From Oscillospiraceae bacterium (GTDB taxonomy: Bacteria > Bacillota > Clostridia > Oscillospirales > UBA929), in assembly GCA_009780275.1 (NCBI GenBank), contig WRAI01000004.1, positions 21,212 through 85,211 on the forward strand: 64,000 nt of DNA, in the 5' to 3' direction. A model generated the notes under the pieces. It searched no databases. It saw only the letters and a program-made list of their open reading frames with translations, and was not told the origin of the DNA. The position numbers and the translations under genes were made by a program. Below, piece by piece: positions 32,573-42,487 of this stretch; positions within the stretch are counted from its first letter, which is position 1; every line of letters begins with the position of its first letter.

Positions 32573-33652
32573 CTATTCCTCCTCAGTTGTGTCGATGCCC
32601 AGACGTGTGAGCATGGCGTTGATGTCGTCCATAGAGATGTCTTCTTCGACGTGTTGTTCGGGTTCGCGTGGTGCCATCGGCATGCTAATGTCATCATGCT
32701 GTGTGTCATTTGTGGATAAGGTTGTAGATTGCGGTGGGCGCGGGGACGTGTTTTCCACAATGAACTCGGCTGATGACGGTGGATCGGATGTTATTGGCGG
32801 TACGCCGGGGTAAATGTTTTCGGAAGGAAGCTCTTCGGCGGCGGTCATGGATATTTTACCGTCGGTCAATAGCGCCGCTGCACCGAACAGTGCTGTAAAG
32901 GCGAATACACCCAAATCGACAAGCATTGCCTCGCGGTTAAATGGATATGTCCGTGAAAAGCCGACATGCGGTAGAGTGGATAGTGCCGTGTTTTGCATGC
33001 GGTAAAGTAACGGTGAAAGAAAACTGACTATACCAAAAAAACATGCCAGTCCGCCCGCGAAACGCAAGGTCTTGCCGCGCCTGTTAGCGAAATAGCAGCC
33101 GGCGAAAAACAACAGTGTCAATGCCAACGCGATGTCGCTGAACAGAGAATAGATGTAGCTGTTGGCGATGGGGTTGGCGGCATGTTGAAAAAAGGCGTTC
33201 ATCAACCGGAAGCAGCTCCAAAAGACAGGAATTAGATAAGCCAGGCTGTATTGAAACTCTTTGCAGCGCAGGGCATTGACAGAAGCCATCAACACGGCCA
33301 GCCCCGCCAGCAAGAACAACAGCGCATAGAGCAGTTGCGACCATTCGGCGCGTGGTGTTATAGTAATGGCAAGGTAGAGTTCATAGCCGGCCGTGGTGGT
33401 CAGTACCAAACCCGCCAACAGACGGAGCAGTCGCGGGAATATTTGTGGTATGAGCTTACTCTCTCGCCGTGAAAACACCCACGCCAATGCCACGAAGACA
33501 ACTGATAGGGAAATCATGGCAATGGTTAAGACATGCCAAGGTTCAGGCATACGTCCGACGGCGTCAATATCGCCAAAGGCGTTTCGCAATTCTAAGGCTC
33601 GCAGCGTGCCGCCTGCGATGCCAAAAATCAGGCTGAGTAAAAATAGGCTCAT
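32573..33652 (-). CDS. polytopic membrane protein with a Pro/Ser/acidic C-terminal tail
   Basis: ATG 33652 preceded by GGAGGGG; about 8 hydrophobic segments; no family recognised. Confidence 0.45.
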   Translation of the reverse strand: MSLFLLSLIFGIAGGTLRALELRNAFGDIDAVGRMPEPWHVLTIAMISLSVVFVALAWVFSRRESKLIPQIFPRLLRLLAGLVLTTTAGYELYLAITITPRAEWSQLLYALLFLLAGLAVLMASVNALRCKEFQYSLAYLIPVFWSCFRLMNAFFQHAANPIANSYIYSLFSDIALALTLLFFAGCYFANRRGKTLRFAGGLACFFGIVSFLSPLLYRMQNTALSTLPHVGFSRTYPFNREAMLVDLGVFAFTALFGAAALLTDGKISMTAAEELPSENIYPGVPPITSDPPSSAEFIVENTSPRPPQSTTLSTNDTQHDDISMPMAPREPEQHVEEDISMDDINAMLTRLGIDTTEEE

Positions 33653-33768
33653 AATGACCCCTCCAATGCTTATATGTAGCATATCATAGTTTGGATGGAT
33701 TTACAAGTATATTGTGGACAGGCTTGAATATAATGTTGCAGGGTGTGCTTACATACGGAGGAAAATGT

Positions 33769-34791
33769 ATGCTTAAACGATTGATTATCTTAACTACACT
33801 GTTGCTTGTGGTGGTTTTTGTTATGCCGTTATTTACGGTGCTGCGAGGTGGAAAAAACGTTATGATATCCGATAGACCATCACCCGCGGAAGGGGCCAAT
33901 TCGGATATTTTAAATGATGGTGAAGAGACGCTTTGGGACGCTCAAACCACCATCAATGTAGAGCTGTCCGATGGATCGGTGGCGACCATGACCATGAGTG
34001 ACTATATTTTTTCGGTATTGGGAGGTGAGATGGAGCCTACAGCACCGCTTGACGCGTTGAAGGCGCAAGTGGTTGCCATTCGGACGTTTGCGTTGCGAAA
34101 TATCGAACGGAATCGCGAGTGGGATCTGCATGAGAGCGGCGCGGATATTTGCGCCCATCATACGCATTGCTTGGCGTTCCGTCCGCGCGATGAGGCTATG
34201 GAACGTTGGGCGGCGTATACTGATGCCGAATATAATCAGACTATATTTGAACGAGCTATTCGTGGGACTGACGGTATGGTACTGTTGTATCGTGACGCGC
34301 CGATTTTGGCAGTGTATCATGCCATCAGCGCGGGCCATACTGAGAATATTGTCGATGTTTGGGGTGGTGACCACCCATATTTGTCGGGGGTAGAGAGTGC
34401 GGGATGCGCGGACGCGGACGGGTTTGCAAGTGAGGTGACAATTGCTGTTGCCGACTTTCGTGCCAAGGCTTTGGTTGAGTGGCCTGAGGCTGATTTGTCT
34501 GCTGCGCCGGATGCATGGATTACCGGTGTTGAGCGGAGCACGACAGGTGGCATTATGGAGGCAAGCGTTGGTGGTGTAAGTGTGCGTGGCGTGCAGCTAC
34601 GAAACTTGGTAGGGTTGCGTTCAGCGAATTTTACAATCAGTGTAGATGGGGATGGATTTGCGTTTAGTGTGCGCGGCTGGGGGCATGGTGTGGGTATGAG
34701 TCAACAGGGTGCGATTGCTATGGCCACGGATGGCAGCGGGTGGCGCGAGATTTTGGCGCATTATTATCCGGGGGCGACATTAAGTACTTGA
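33769..34791 (+). CDS. spoIID: stage II sporulation protein D (SpoIID/LytB lytic transglycosylase)
   Basis: Signal anchor followed by SpoIID-domain sequence ..LKAQVVAIRTFAL...VYHAISAGHTEN...GHGVGMSQQGA..YYPGATL. Confidence 0.88.
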   Translation: MLKRLIILTTLLLVVVFVMPLFTVLRGGKNVMISDRPSPAEGANSDILNDGEETLWDAQTTINVELSDGSVATMTMSDYIFSVLGGEMEPTAPLDALKAQVVAIRTFALRNIERNREWDLHESGADICAHHTHCLAFRPRDEAMERWAAYTDAEYNQTIFERAIRGTDGMVLLYRDAPILAVYHAISAGHTENIVDVWGGDHPYLSGVESAGCADADGFASEVTIAVADFRAKALVEWPEADLSAAPDAWITGVERSTTGGIMEASVGGVSVRGVQLRNLVGLRSANFTISVDGDGFAFSVRGWGHGVGMSQQGAIAMATDGSGWREILAHYYPGATLST

Positions 34792-34903
34792 TTTTATTCA
34801 AAGAATAGGGTAAACTATGTAGAGGCGGTGCCATCACCCCGTTATATATTTGTGCAATGGGCGGATTGCTATCTGTCCCTACGATATACACAAAGGAGAG
34901 TCT

Positions 34904-36058
34904 ATGACCAAACCCATTATTTATACTGATTATGCGGCGACTGCACCGTTATGCGCAGCGGCGCGTGAGGCCATGATGCCGTTTTTGACCCAGCATTACG
35001 CCAACCCAAACGGGATGTATAGCATTGCCGGATATTCCCGCCGTGCGCTTGAACAAGCACGGGGCACAATTGCCGATTGCTTGAACGTTAAACCCGAGGA
35101 AGTCTTTTTCACGTCGGGCGGCACTGAGGCAGGAAATTGGGCGGTGAAAGGGGTTGCTGAAAAGCGCGACGGCAAGCATATTGTTGTGTCGGCCATTGAG
35201 CACCATGCTGTATTATACGCTGTGGAATATCTGAAAAAATCGCATGGCTATGAAGTAACAGTGCTGCCCTGCGACAAGTTCGGTATGGTCACACCGCAGT
35301 CGATGTGCGACGCTTTGCGCGACGATACTGTGCTGGCAACTTGCATGACGGCAAACAATGAGGTCGGTACAATCCAAGATGTTGATGCGATGGCCGATAT
35401 TTGCCGTGAGAAGGGCGTGCCGTTTTTCACCGATGCGGTGCAGGCCGTCGGGCATATTGCAGTTGACGCCTCGCGTGTCGATTTGCTGTCAATGGCGGCG
35501 CATAAGTTCGGCGGGCCGCGCGGTGTTGGTGCGTTGGTGATCAAAAAAGGCACGAAAATCGGCGCATTGCTGCACGGCGGCGGGCAAGAGCGCAATAAGC
35601 GTTCAGGTACGGAAAATGTTGCGGGCGCGGTGGGCATGGCAGCGGCGTTGCAGTATGCTGTTGATAACATGGATGCCGAAAGTAAGCGGCTGGTTGCGCT
35701 GCGGGACAAATTGATTAAAGGCGTATTGCAAATCCCCTATACTACACTGACGGGTCACCCAATTGAGCGACTGCCGGGATTGGCGTCGTTTACCATTGAA
35801 TATATTGAGGGTGAGTCGATGGTACTGCTGCTCGACAGCCACGGCATTTGTGCGTCGAGCGGGTCGGCGTGTTCAAGTGGGTCGCTTGATCCGTCGCATG
35901 TATTATTGGCAATGGGCATATCGCATGAAGTGGCACATGGTTCGTTGCGATTATCGCTTGGCGAAAGCACGGAAGATGACGATGTGGAATATATTGTTGA
36001 AAAATTACGGATTGTTGTTGAGCGACTGCGGGCGATGTCACCGTTGAGGCCGGAATAG
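34904..36058 (+). CDS. nifS: cysteine desulfurase NifS
   Basis: PLP-Lys in SMAAHKFGGPRG and catalytic Cys loop SSGSACSSG. The track ORF starts at 34850. Confidence 0.93.
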   Translation: MTKPIIYTDYAATAPLCAAAREAMMPFLTQHYANPNGMYSIAGYSRRALEQARGTIADCLNVKPEEVFFTSGGTEAGNWAVKGVAEKRDGKHIVVSAIEHHAVLYAVEYLKKSHGYEVTVLPCDKFGMVTPQSMCDALRDDTVLATCMTANNEVGTIQDVDAMADICREKGVPFFTDAVQAVGHIAVDASRVDLLSMAAHKFGGPRGVGALVIKKGTKIGALLHGGGQERNKRSGTENVAGAVGMAAALQYAVDNMDAESKRLVALRDKLIKGVLQIPYTTLTGHPIERLPGLASFTIEYIEGESMVLLLDSHGICASSGSACSSGSLDPSHVLLAMGISHEVAHGSLRLSLGESTEDDDVEYIVEKLRIVVERLRAMSPLRPE

Positions 36059-36124
36059 GAAGCATTTATGCCACGAATAGCTAGATGCGTGACAGAAATA
36101 ACATACTAAGGAGAAAATATATAC

Positions 36125-36550
36125 ATGTACAGCGATAAAGTTATGGAGCATTTTAACAGTCCGCGCAACATTGGCGAAATTGCCGATGCCAACGGTGTCG
36201 GCGAGGTCGGCAACCAGAAGTGCGGCGATATTATGAAAATTTATCTTAAAATTGAAAATGATATGATTATTGATGTTAAATTTCAGACTTTCGGATGCGG
36301 CGCAGCGGTGGCGACCAGTTCAATGGCGACGGAGTTGATTAAAGGCAAGAGCATTGAAGAGGCATTGCAACTGACCAATAAACGTTTAGCTGAGGCGCTT
36401 GACGGCTTGCCGCCTGCTAAAATGCATTGCTCGGTGTTGGCTGAAGAGGGCATTAAGGCGGCAATTTCCGATTATTATCGCCGGCAAGGCATCGACCCTG
36501 TGCCGATTGTTGGGTGTGATGGGAAGTGCGCGGAGTGTCATGGGCATTAG
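36125..36550 (+). CDS. nifU: Fe-S cluster scaffold NifU/IscU-type
   Basis: Three scaffold cysteines (NQKCGD, FGCGAA, MHCSVLA); 141 aa. Confidence 0.93.
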   Translation: MYSDKVMEHFNSPRNIGEIADANGVGEVGNQKCGDIMKIYLKIENDMIIDVKFQTFGCGAAVATSSMATELIKGKSIEEALQLTNKRLAEALDGLPPAKMHCSVLAEEGIKAAISDYYRRQGIDPVPIVGCDGKCAECHGH

Positions 36551-37268
36551 CAGTGTGTTGTCGCAGACAGTAACATCTGCGGATGTGGGGCGAGAGAAAT
36601 ACAAATACGAAACCCATATGCATACGTCTGAAGTCAGTGCATGCGCAAGCGCAACGGCTGTTGAACAGGTGCGCGAGTATAAGCGCCGAGGCTATGCGGG
36701 GATTATTATTACCAATCATTTTATCAACAGTTACGTCACGCACGCCAAAGATCTGCCGTGGGCGAAGCTGATTGAACTAAATTCCATCGGCTATCATGAG
36801 GCGAAGAAGGAGGGCGACAAGTGCGGCTTGGACGTCTTTTTTGGCTTTGAATACAGTATTGATGGGTTGGATTTTTTGACTTACGGCGTTTCGATTGATT
36901 GTTTGCTTGCCAATCCCGGCATAGACAAGCTCGATGTGGCACAGTATAGCCAATTTGTACGCGATAATGGCGGTTACCTCGCACAGGCGCACCCATATCG
37001 TGAGGCATACTATATTCCCGAGCCATATCCTGTGATGCCGCAATGGGTTGACGGCATTGAAGTCTACAATGTCTCTATGCCTGATACAGTCAACGAGAAA
37101 GCGTTTATTTTCGCGGAGCAGAACAATTTGGGGATGATTGCCGGCAGTGACAGCCATCATTTAGGCATGAAATTTTTGAGCGGCATTACATTGAACAAAC
37201 GTGCTGAGAATATCAGCGATATTATTGACGCCTTGAAAACGAGGGAGATTGGGTTGATTTTACCGTAA
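36540..37268 (+). CDS. PHP-domain phosphoesterase
   Basis: PHP motif I ETHMHTSEVSAC and later ..AHPYRE.. and ..GSDSHH.. motifs. Start uncertain: ATG 36540, or upstream as in the track. Confidence 0.7.
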   Translation: MGISSVLSQTVTSADVGREKYKYETHMHTSEVSACASATAVEQVREYKRRGYAGIIITNHFINSYVTHAKDLPWAKLIELNSIGYHEAKKEGDKCGLDVFFGFEYSIDGLDFLTYGVSIDCLLANPGIDKLDVAQYSQFVRDNGGYLAQAHPYREAYYIPEPYPVMPQWVDGIEVYNVSMPDTVNEKAFIFAEQNNLGMIAGSDSHHLGMKFLSGITLNKRAENISDIIDALKTREIGLILP

Positions 37269-37288
37269 CTGTTGTGATGAGGTGCAAA

Positions 37289-37316
37289 AACAAGCGCGGA
37301 TATTTCTGCGCTTGTT
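37289..37316. terminator. hairpin terminator between convergent genes
   Basis: AACAAGCGC-ggatatttct-GCGCTTGTT. Confidence 0.65.
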
Positions 37317-37330
37317 GGGTAGTATGCGTA

Positions 37331-37822
37331 TTAGTTGTACGAATGATATTGCTGGACGTATGGTTTTTCTCTCTTGCGGTATTCGATTAGCTTCTTGATA
37401 TAACCTATTTCAGTTGCGTTCGGGTTCACAAATGCTCCCGAGTGCTGGGAACATACGCTTTTGAACTCTTTGCCGAAAATTTTCACATCTTTGGCACGCC
37501 AGCATTCATCGTGGCAAGGCGTATGACAAATGCTAACACGGTCATGTACAGCTGTGACAAAATCCGTATCGTCATCCACATAACCGTATTGATAATGCAA
37601 AGAAGAAAACACTTCAAAGCACCAATTATTTTTGCCTTCGACGCCCATTCGGCCGATGTTATATTCGTCATTATATCGCACTTTCCCCCAATTGGCCATA
37701 TTCGGACTTACATTGTTTTTTGCCAAATAAGCTGCGAGATTTAATGCGTTTTCTTTGTGTTCACCTTCGAGCAAATCGTTTATTGCGTCTTCGATTGTGG
37801 CATAACTCTTTTGTCCTGACAT
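37331..37822 (-). CDS. hypothetical protein (163 aa, Cys/His-rich central segment)
   Basis: ATG 37822 preceded by AGGAGA. ..SICHTPCHDECW..CSQH.. AT-richer gene; no family recognised. Confidence 0.5.
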   Translation of the reverse strand: MSGQKSYATIEDAINDLLEGEHKENALNLAAYLAKNNVSPNMANWGKVRYNDEYNIGRMGVEGKNNWCFEVFSSLHYQYGYVDDDTDFVTAVHDRVSICHTPCHDECWRAKDVKIFGKEFKSVCSQHSGAFVNPNATEIGYIKKLIEYRKREKPYVQQYHSYN

Positions 37823-37946
37823 TTTGCGCTCTCCTTTGCTAAATATATTCTTTTGCATCACGTGAGCCATAGAACATAACGCACGAGCGTATGCTTTTAA
37901 TATAGCGTATGTAAATACGGTTGTCAAGAAATAGAGGAGAAAGCCT

Positions 37947-38909
37947 ATGAATCTCACAAGTCGCGACCATTTTAATAACCGCGCCATTGCTGTCTTTGGT
38001 GACAGCATTACCCATGGCGCGAACTGCCCCGATATTCCCGCGCAAAGCTATATCGGCGTTGTTAAGCGCAAACTTATGCAGAATTACGGTTTGAAAAACT
38101 ACGGTTACGCTTCTATGGAATCGTCGATGTGGAATTCCGGCGGCCGATACGATGAGTTGCACCAAATTACGCAAAACACGCCGTGGCAAGAGTTGCGCGA
38201 CGGCAAACTCCTTGGTACGTTTGCATTACAATCACAGCAAAAAGGCGATAGTTTGACAATAGCATTGCGCGAGCCGTACGCATATGCGTATGTGTATGCT
38301 GCGCCGGGAAGCGGAGATTTTAGCGTAAGCAACGGGGGAAAAACACCCGTCACTGCGGTGACACCCTCTTTTGCGAAAGAGGGTAAGAAGGGGTTGAGAA
38401 GCGAGCCGATAAAACTTGGCGGCTCGGCAATCACCATCACAGCGTTGACTGATGAACCGGTTACCCTTTGCGGCATGGGATATTACAACGATTTAGACGG
38501 GCATGTGCTGAATAATTACGCCAACAACGGCTTGCGGCTGGTCGGTATCAGCGACGAAATTTTGGAAATTATGGCAAAAGTCGATACCGCGATATTTTCA
38601 CTCGGCTACAATGACAGCCATTTTCCGACCGACACAGCGGAGTTTACGCGCAAAATTGACCTGCTGATTGCGGCGTTTAATCGCCACGGCACAAAGCTAT
38701 ACGTCAACGACTTGTGCTGGAACTTGCCTGAAAGCGATCATTTTCGCAGTGAAATTAAACGTCTGGCGCAATCTGTGTCACATGCGGTGCGTGTGCCACA
38801 GGTGACAGAAATCGCCGAACGGGAATTGCTCGACGGCGTGGGCGCACACCCAAATGTCGAAGGACACGGCTTACAAGCGGCGGCATTGATTGCGGCAATG
38901 GAGTTGTGA
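37947..38909 (+). CDS. SGNH/GDSL hydrolase family protein
   Basis: Block I FGDSITHG near the N-terminus and a C-terminal ..D..HPN.. block. Confidence 0.75.
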   Translation: MNLTSRDHFNNRAIAVFGDSITHGANCPDIPAQSYIGVVKRKLMQNYGLKNYGYASMESSMWNSGGRYDELHQITQNTPWQELRDGKLLGTFALQSQQKGDSLTIALREPYAYAYVYAAPGSGDFSVSNGGKTPVTAVTPSFAKEGKKGLRSEPIKLGGSAITITALTDEPVTLCGMGYYNDLDGHVLNNYANNGLRLVGISDEILEIMAKVDTAIFSLGYNDSHFPTDTAEFTRKIDLLIAAFNRHGTKLYVNDLCWNLPESDHFRSEIKRLAQSVSHAVRVPQVTEIAERELLDGVGAHPNVEGHGLQAAALIAAMEL

Positions 38910-38993
38910 GTAAATAAAAGCCGCCCAACCTTTTTGTAAAATCCCTCACTATATAAATGACAGTCCGAAATCGTGCCAAATGGGGATAAGCAA

Positions 38994-40583
38994 ATGCAAA
39001 AAATCTACGTCGACCAAGTGATTGCCGAATATACGCAAAAGATATTCGGGTTCGCGCTCTCCAAAACGCAAAACATCGACAAAGCCGAAGAACTCGCCGC
39101 AAGAATTACCTTTGACGTGTACAATTCGCTGTTAAAAGCCGATGCCGTGCATAATATCAACGGGTATATCTGGCGGGTGGCGTGCCATGTGTATGCGCGG
39201 TTTGTTGATGAGGAGGTTAAGGGGCGGAGCATTTCGCTTGACGAAGTGAATGTGCCGAGCGGTGCGGATTTTACCGAAAACTTGGAGAACGACGAAGATT
39301 ACTTGCGATTGCGGCGCCAAATCTCTTATTTGGGCAAAACCCAGCGGGATATTGTGGTCATGCACTATTTTGACCGCTTAAAACAAGGCGAAATTGCGAA
39401 ACGCCTGAAAATTCCGCTCGGAACTGTCAAGTGGCATCTGCACGATGCACGAAAACAGATTAGAGAGGGTTTTACTATGAACAAGCAAATGATTGCACCG
39501 ATTGAATTCAGCAGCATGGGGCATGACGGTAACCCCGGTCCGGAGGGCAAAGACACAAGCTATTACCTGGCAAAACGGCTTGCGCAAAACGTGGCATACG
39601 CGGCGTATTGGCAGGCGAAAAGTATTTCCGAAATTGCCGAAACTCTCGGCGTACCTGCGGCGTTTGTTGAAGACGAAGTTGCCGTACTCGAAGATAACGG
39701 CTTTATGGACAAACAGCCCACCGGCAAGTATTTGACCAATATTTTTATCAGCCAAACATCGTCTGACACCGATAAACGCGCGCATGAGCTGTACGTTAAA
39801 TACGCCGAAATGGTTTGCGAGCAGTATGTGCCGCTGTTGTTTGACGCAATTGGCAACGGCTTGCCTCAAACGTACACGCCGCACGGAGATATCAATTTCC
39901 TGCGCTGGCTTGCTGTGGTGTATGCTTGTCGGGCAAAGTTGCGGCACGGGTCTAATGGTGATGTTGGAAAATATATCGTGGCTCGCAAAGATGGCGGCGC
40001 GTATATCGCTTGTGCCGCAATTGGTGCTGCCGATAGCGATGGCTTGTACAGCGCGTGCGGCGACATGACGCGTAAAGGCGATAGTGAGCCTGTACTTGGC
40101 TGGTCGCTGGACACGTATTACGACAGCCGTACCGGCGCTTGGCGCGACAACTGGGTCTCGGATTACGAGAATTTATACCGCGCCATGACGGGCAAGATGA
40201 CAAAAACCGCCGAAAATGCCGAGGCATTCCAACGATTGTACAGCAAGGGTTATCTTGTTGAATATGGCGGTGGCGACATGGTTAATATGGTGGTAACAAC
40301 GCAAACTCGCGATGAATTTGAAAACTTGCTGCCGGCTATGCCGTCTGAGTTAGCGGCGGCAGGGCGTGAATTGGACAGCGAAATTTACGCGCTGAATAAG
40401 CCGCAATATCCGCCGCATATGCAGGAGTTGTGCCGTATATACAACACCAATTGCCTGTCAAGTCAATCGGTTCTGACCCGTGCGTTGGAGATTTTAAGCA
40501 ACAACGGCACACTTGCGCCGTTGAGTGACGAACAGAAGATGTCGGTGAATACGATAATGTTTAGCGATGTGTTGCCGGGGTAG
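38994..40583 (+). CDS. ECF-type sigma-70 family factor fused to a ~350-aa C-terminal domain
   Basis: Region 2 (..AEELAARITFDVY..YIWRVACHVY..) and region 4 (..QRDIVVMHYFDRLKQGEIAKRLKIPLGTVKWHLHDARKQI..) lie within the first ~165 aa. The remainder is soluble with no TM segment. Confidence 0.8.
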   Translation: MQKIYVDQVIAEYTQKIFGFALSKTQNIDKAEELAARITFDVYNSLLKADAVHNINGYIWRVACHVYARFVDEEVKGRSISLDEVNVPSGADFTENLENDEDYLRLRRQISYLGKTQRDIVVMHYFDRLKQGEIAKRLKIPLGTVKWHLHDARKQIREGFTMNKQMIAPIEFSSMGHDGNPGPEGKDTSYYLAKRLAQNVAYAAYWQAKSISEIAETLGVPAAFVEDEVAVLEDNGFMDKQPTGKYLTNIFISQTSSDTDKRAHELYVKYAEMVCEQYVPLLFDAIGNGLPQTYTPHGDINFLRWLAVVYACRAKLRHGSNGDVGKYIVARKDGGAYIACAAIGAADSDGLYSACGDMTRKGDSEPVLGWSLDTYYDSRTGAWRDNWVSDYENLYRAMTGKMTKTAENAEAFQRLYSKGYLVEYGGGDMVNMVVTTQTRDEFENLLPAMPSELAAAGRELDSEIYALNKPQYPPHMQELCRIYNTNCLSSQSVLTRALEILSNNGTLAPLSDEQKMSVNTIMFSDVLPG

Positions 40584-40598
40584 GGGCGAAGATGCCAC

Positions 40599-40617
40599 GG
40601 GCGAACGAGGTTCGCCC
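40599..40617. terminator. short GC hairpin between convergent genes
   Basis: GGGCGAAC-gagg-TTCGCCC. Confidence 0.5.
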
Positions 40618-41489
40618 TACACTACGCCAAACCGTTTCACTTGCTTCACAAACCCATCGTCAACTCGTCCGAGCATGATAAACTGCCCATCAGGCGCGTA
40701 AACCCTCGTTAATTCTGCACTCTTAATTCTGCATTCTGCATTAGCCCTGATCGGTTTTCCGTTCTTAATATTCGTCATGTCGGCGGTTGTTACTGTGATG
40801 GCGGGATATTGCGCAAAAACCGTTGTATCAATCGGCAACAGCTGCATGTCGGGGCTAACAGCGTCTAATGTCACTGCGTCATCGAGCGTAAAGTTACACG
40901 CCATGGTGCGCCGCAAGCCGGTCATTGCAGCCAAACAGCCCAACTGCCGCCCGATATCGTGGCACAGCGTGCGGATATACGTGCCGCCCGAACAGTGGAC
41001 TTCGATTGTGTATTCATCGCCGTCTTGCGATAGTAATTCCAGTTTTTCAATCACAACATCACGTGCAGGGCGTTCGACTTCGCGCCCTGCGCGTGCTTCT
41101 TTGTACAGTGTTTTTCCGCCGATTTTAATGGCGGAATACATAGGCGGAATTTGCTTTTGTTCACCTGTAAAAGACGGTAACAATGCTTCCAACGCGCCAT
41201 TTGGCGGGCGGGTATCCGACATTGCTGTAATATTGCCGGTAATATCCTGCGTGTCGGTTTCAATGCCGACGCGCAGGACTGCGATGTACGCCTTGCCGTT
41301 GGGCAGATAGTCAAGTGCCTTTGTTGCGCCGCCGATTAAAAGTGGCAGTACGCCGGTGGCCAGCGGGTCGAGTGTGCCGGCATGGCCGATGGCGCGGGTG
41401 CGCAGAATGCCGCGTGTTTTGGCAACGATGTCGTGACTGGTCCAGCCCTGCGGTTTGTCGATGATGAGGAAGCCATTAAGCATGCTCAT
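40617..41489 (-). CDS. truB: tRNA pseudouridine(55) synthase
   Basis: Catalytic Asp motif GHAGTLDPLATG; 290 aa. Confidence 0.95.
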   Translation of the reverse strand: MSMLNGFLIIDKPQGWTSHDIVAKTRGILRTRAIGHAGTLDPLATGVLPLLIGGATKALDYLPNGKAYIAVLRVGIETDTQDITGNITAMSDTRPPNGALEALLPSFTGEQKQIPPMYSAIKIGGKTLYKEARAGREVERPARDVVIEKLELLSQDGDEYTIEVHCSGGTYIRTLCHDIGRQLGCLAAMTGLRRTMACNFTLDDAVTLDAVSPDMQLLPIDTTVFAQYPAITVTTADMTNIKNGKPIRANAECRIKSAELTRVYAPDGQFIMLGRVDDGFVKQVKRFGVV

Positions 41490-41563
41490 AGGGTGTTACT
41501 TTATCTCCTGTTCAAGTCCGTCAAACAGCGGGGTGTTGAGAATTATGTGCCGGGTAGCGATGA

Positions 41564-42487
41564 TTAGGCCATTTCTATTGCGGCCAAAATGGCCTCTCGT
41601 GCTTGTGCTAAGGTGCCCTTGAAAGTGGCACCTGCCGCGCTTTTATGGCCGCCGCCGCCGAGTTTTGCGCAAATGTCACTGGCGTTATGGGGGGGGACTG
41701 TTCGTACCGATACGCGGATTTCGCCGCTAGATTGTTCGCGTATCAATATGCCGATTTGGCAGCCCGCGATGGCACGCGCCAAGCCCGGCAGCGAGTCGGT
41801 ATCATCGGAGGTTAAGCCTTTTAGCATATCTAGCGTCACTTTCAGTACAATGACTGTGCCGTTATGAAATGTTTCTATATCGGCATAAACGGCTTGCTCC
41901 AGTTTAATCTGCGCCAAGCTCTTTTGCTCGAAAAATTTTCGATTTATGCTGGCGAAATCAAAATTTGTTTCCATCAATGCAGCGGCAATGCGGTGGGTGT
42001 TTGGTGTTGTGCTGCCAAACTTAAAGCAACCTGTATCAGTTGCAATGGCAACATAGAGCGATTCAGCGATACGCTGTGTGATTTCAACGCCAAATCCTAT
42101 AATAAGTTGATAAACAATTTCTCCACACGCTGCAAGAGCTCCATCAACGTAGGTGTGTGTGGCAAATGGCTTATGTGAGGCGTGATGGTCAATAGCGAGG
42201 TCGAAGTGCTTGGGGGCCTGGGCGTTGAAGCGAGTGCTGTCAGCTGCGTCGACTGCCACGGTATATTGCGGCACGAAGTTGTCAGCCGCAAGCAAATTCG
42301 CTGTGTACGACGTGAGCAATGTGCCCATATCATCATCAGGCAAGATGTATGCTTGTTTGCCTAATGCGTGTAATGCCAAGCACAGTGCTGTGGCGCTGCC
42401 CACACAATCGCCGTCGGGATTTTTGTGCATGACAATCAGAAAATTATCGCGCTCGCGCAAGTAATCGGCGATTTGTTTAAGCGTCAT
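41564..42487 (-). CDS. nrnA: DHH/DHHA1 phosphoesterase (NrnA-type oligoribonuclease / pAp phosphatase)
   Basis: DGDCVGS, AIDHHASH and GGGHKSAAG motifs. ATG 42487; the track ORF extends upstream over rbfA. Confidence 0.85.
   Translation of the reverse strand: MTLKQIADYLRERDNFLIVMHKNPDGDCVGSATALCLALHALGKQAYILPDDDMGTLLTSYTANLLAADNFVPQYTVAVDAADSTRFNAQAPKHFDLAIDHHASHKPFATHTYVDGALAACGEIVYQLIIGFGVEITQRIAESLYVAIATDTGCFKFGSTTPNTHRIAAALMETNFDFASINRKFFEQKSLAQIKLEQAVYADIETFHNGTVIVLKVTLDMLKGLTSDDTDSLPGLARAIAGCQIGILIREQSSGEIRVSVRTVPPHNASDICAKLGGGGHKSAAGATFKGTLAQAREAILAAIEMA

Noticed and set aside
33691-33768. Sigma-E type promoter upstream of spoIID
   Set aside because: ATATT-15 nt-TATAATGT is only a loose fit to the sigma-E consensus and cannot be distinguished from a weak sigma-A -10 by eye. 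Similarly, no sigma-F/G promoter could be assigned upstream of spoIVB.
34792-34903. Riboswitch, T-box or leader structures upstream of nifS, and likewise upstream of serC (48334-48548), gdhA and folD
   Set aside because: The leaders are short (about 50-110 nt). I could not recognise T-box specifier/antiterminator, SAM, THF or glycine riboswitch core sequences.
39378-39947. 189-aa ORF antisense to the ECF sigma fusion gene
   Set aside because: The sense frame carries clear sigma r2/r4 motifs and is continuous. The antisense ORF has no start context and no motifs.
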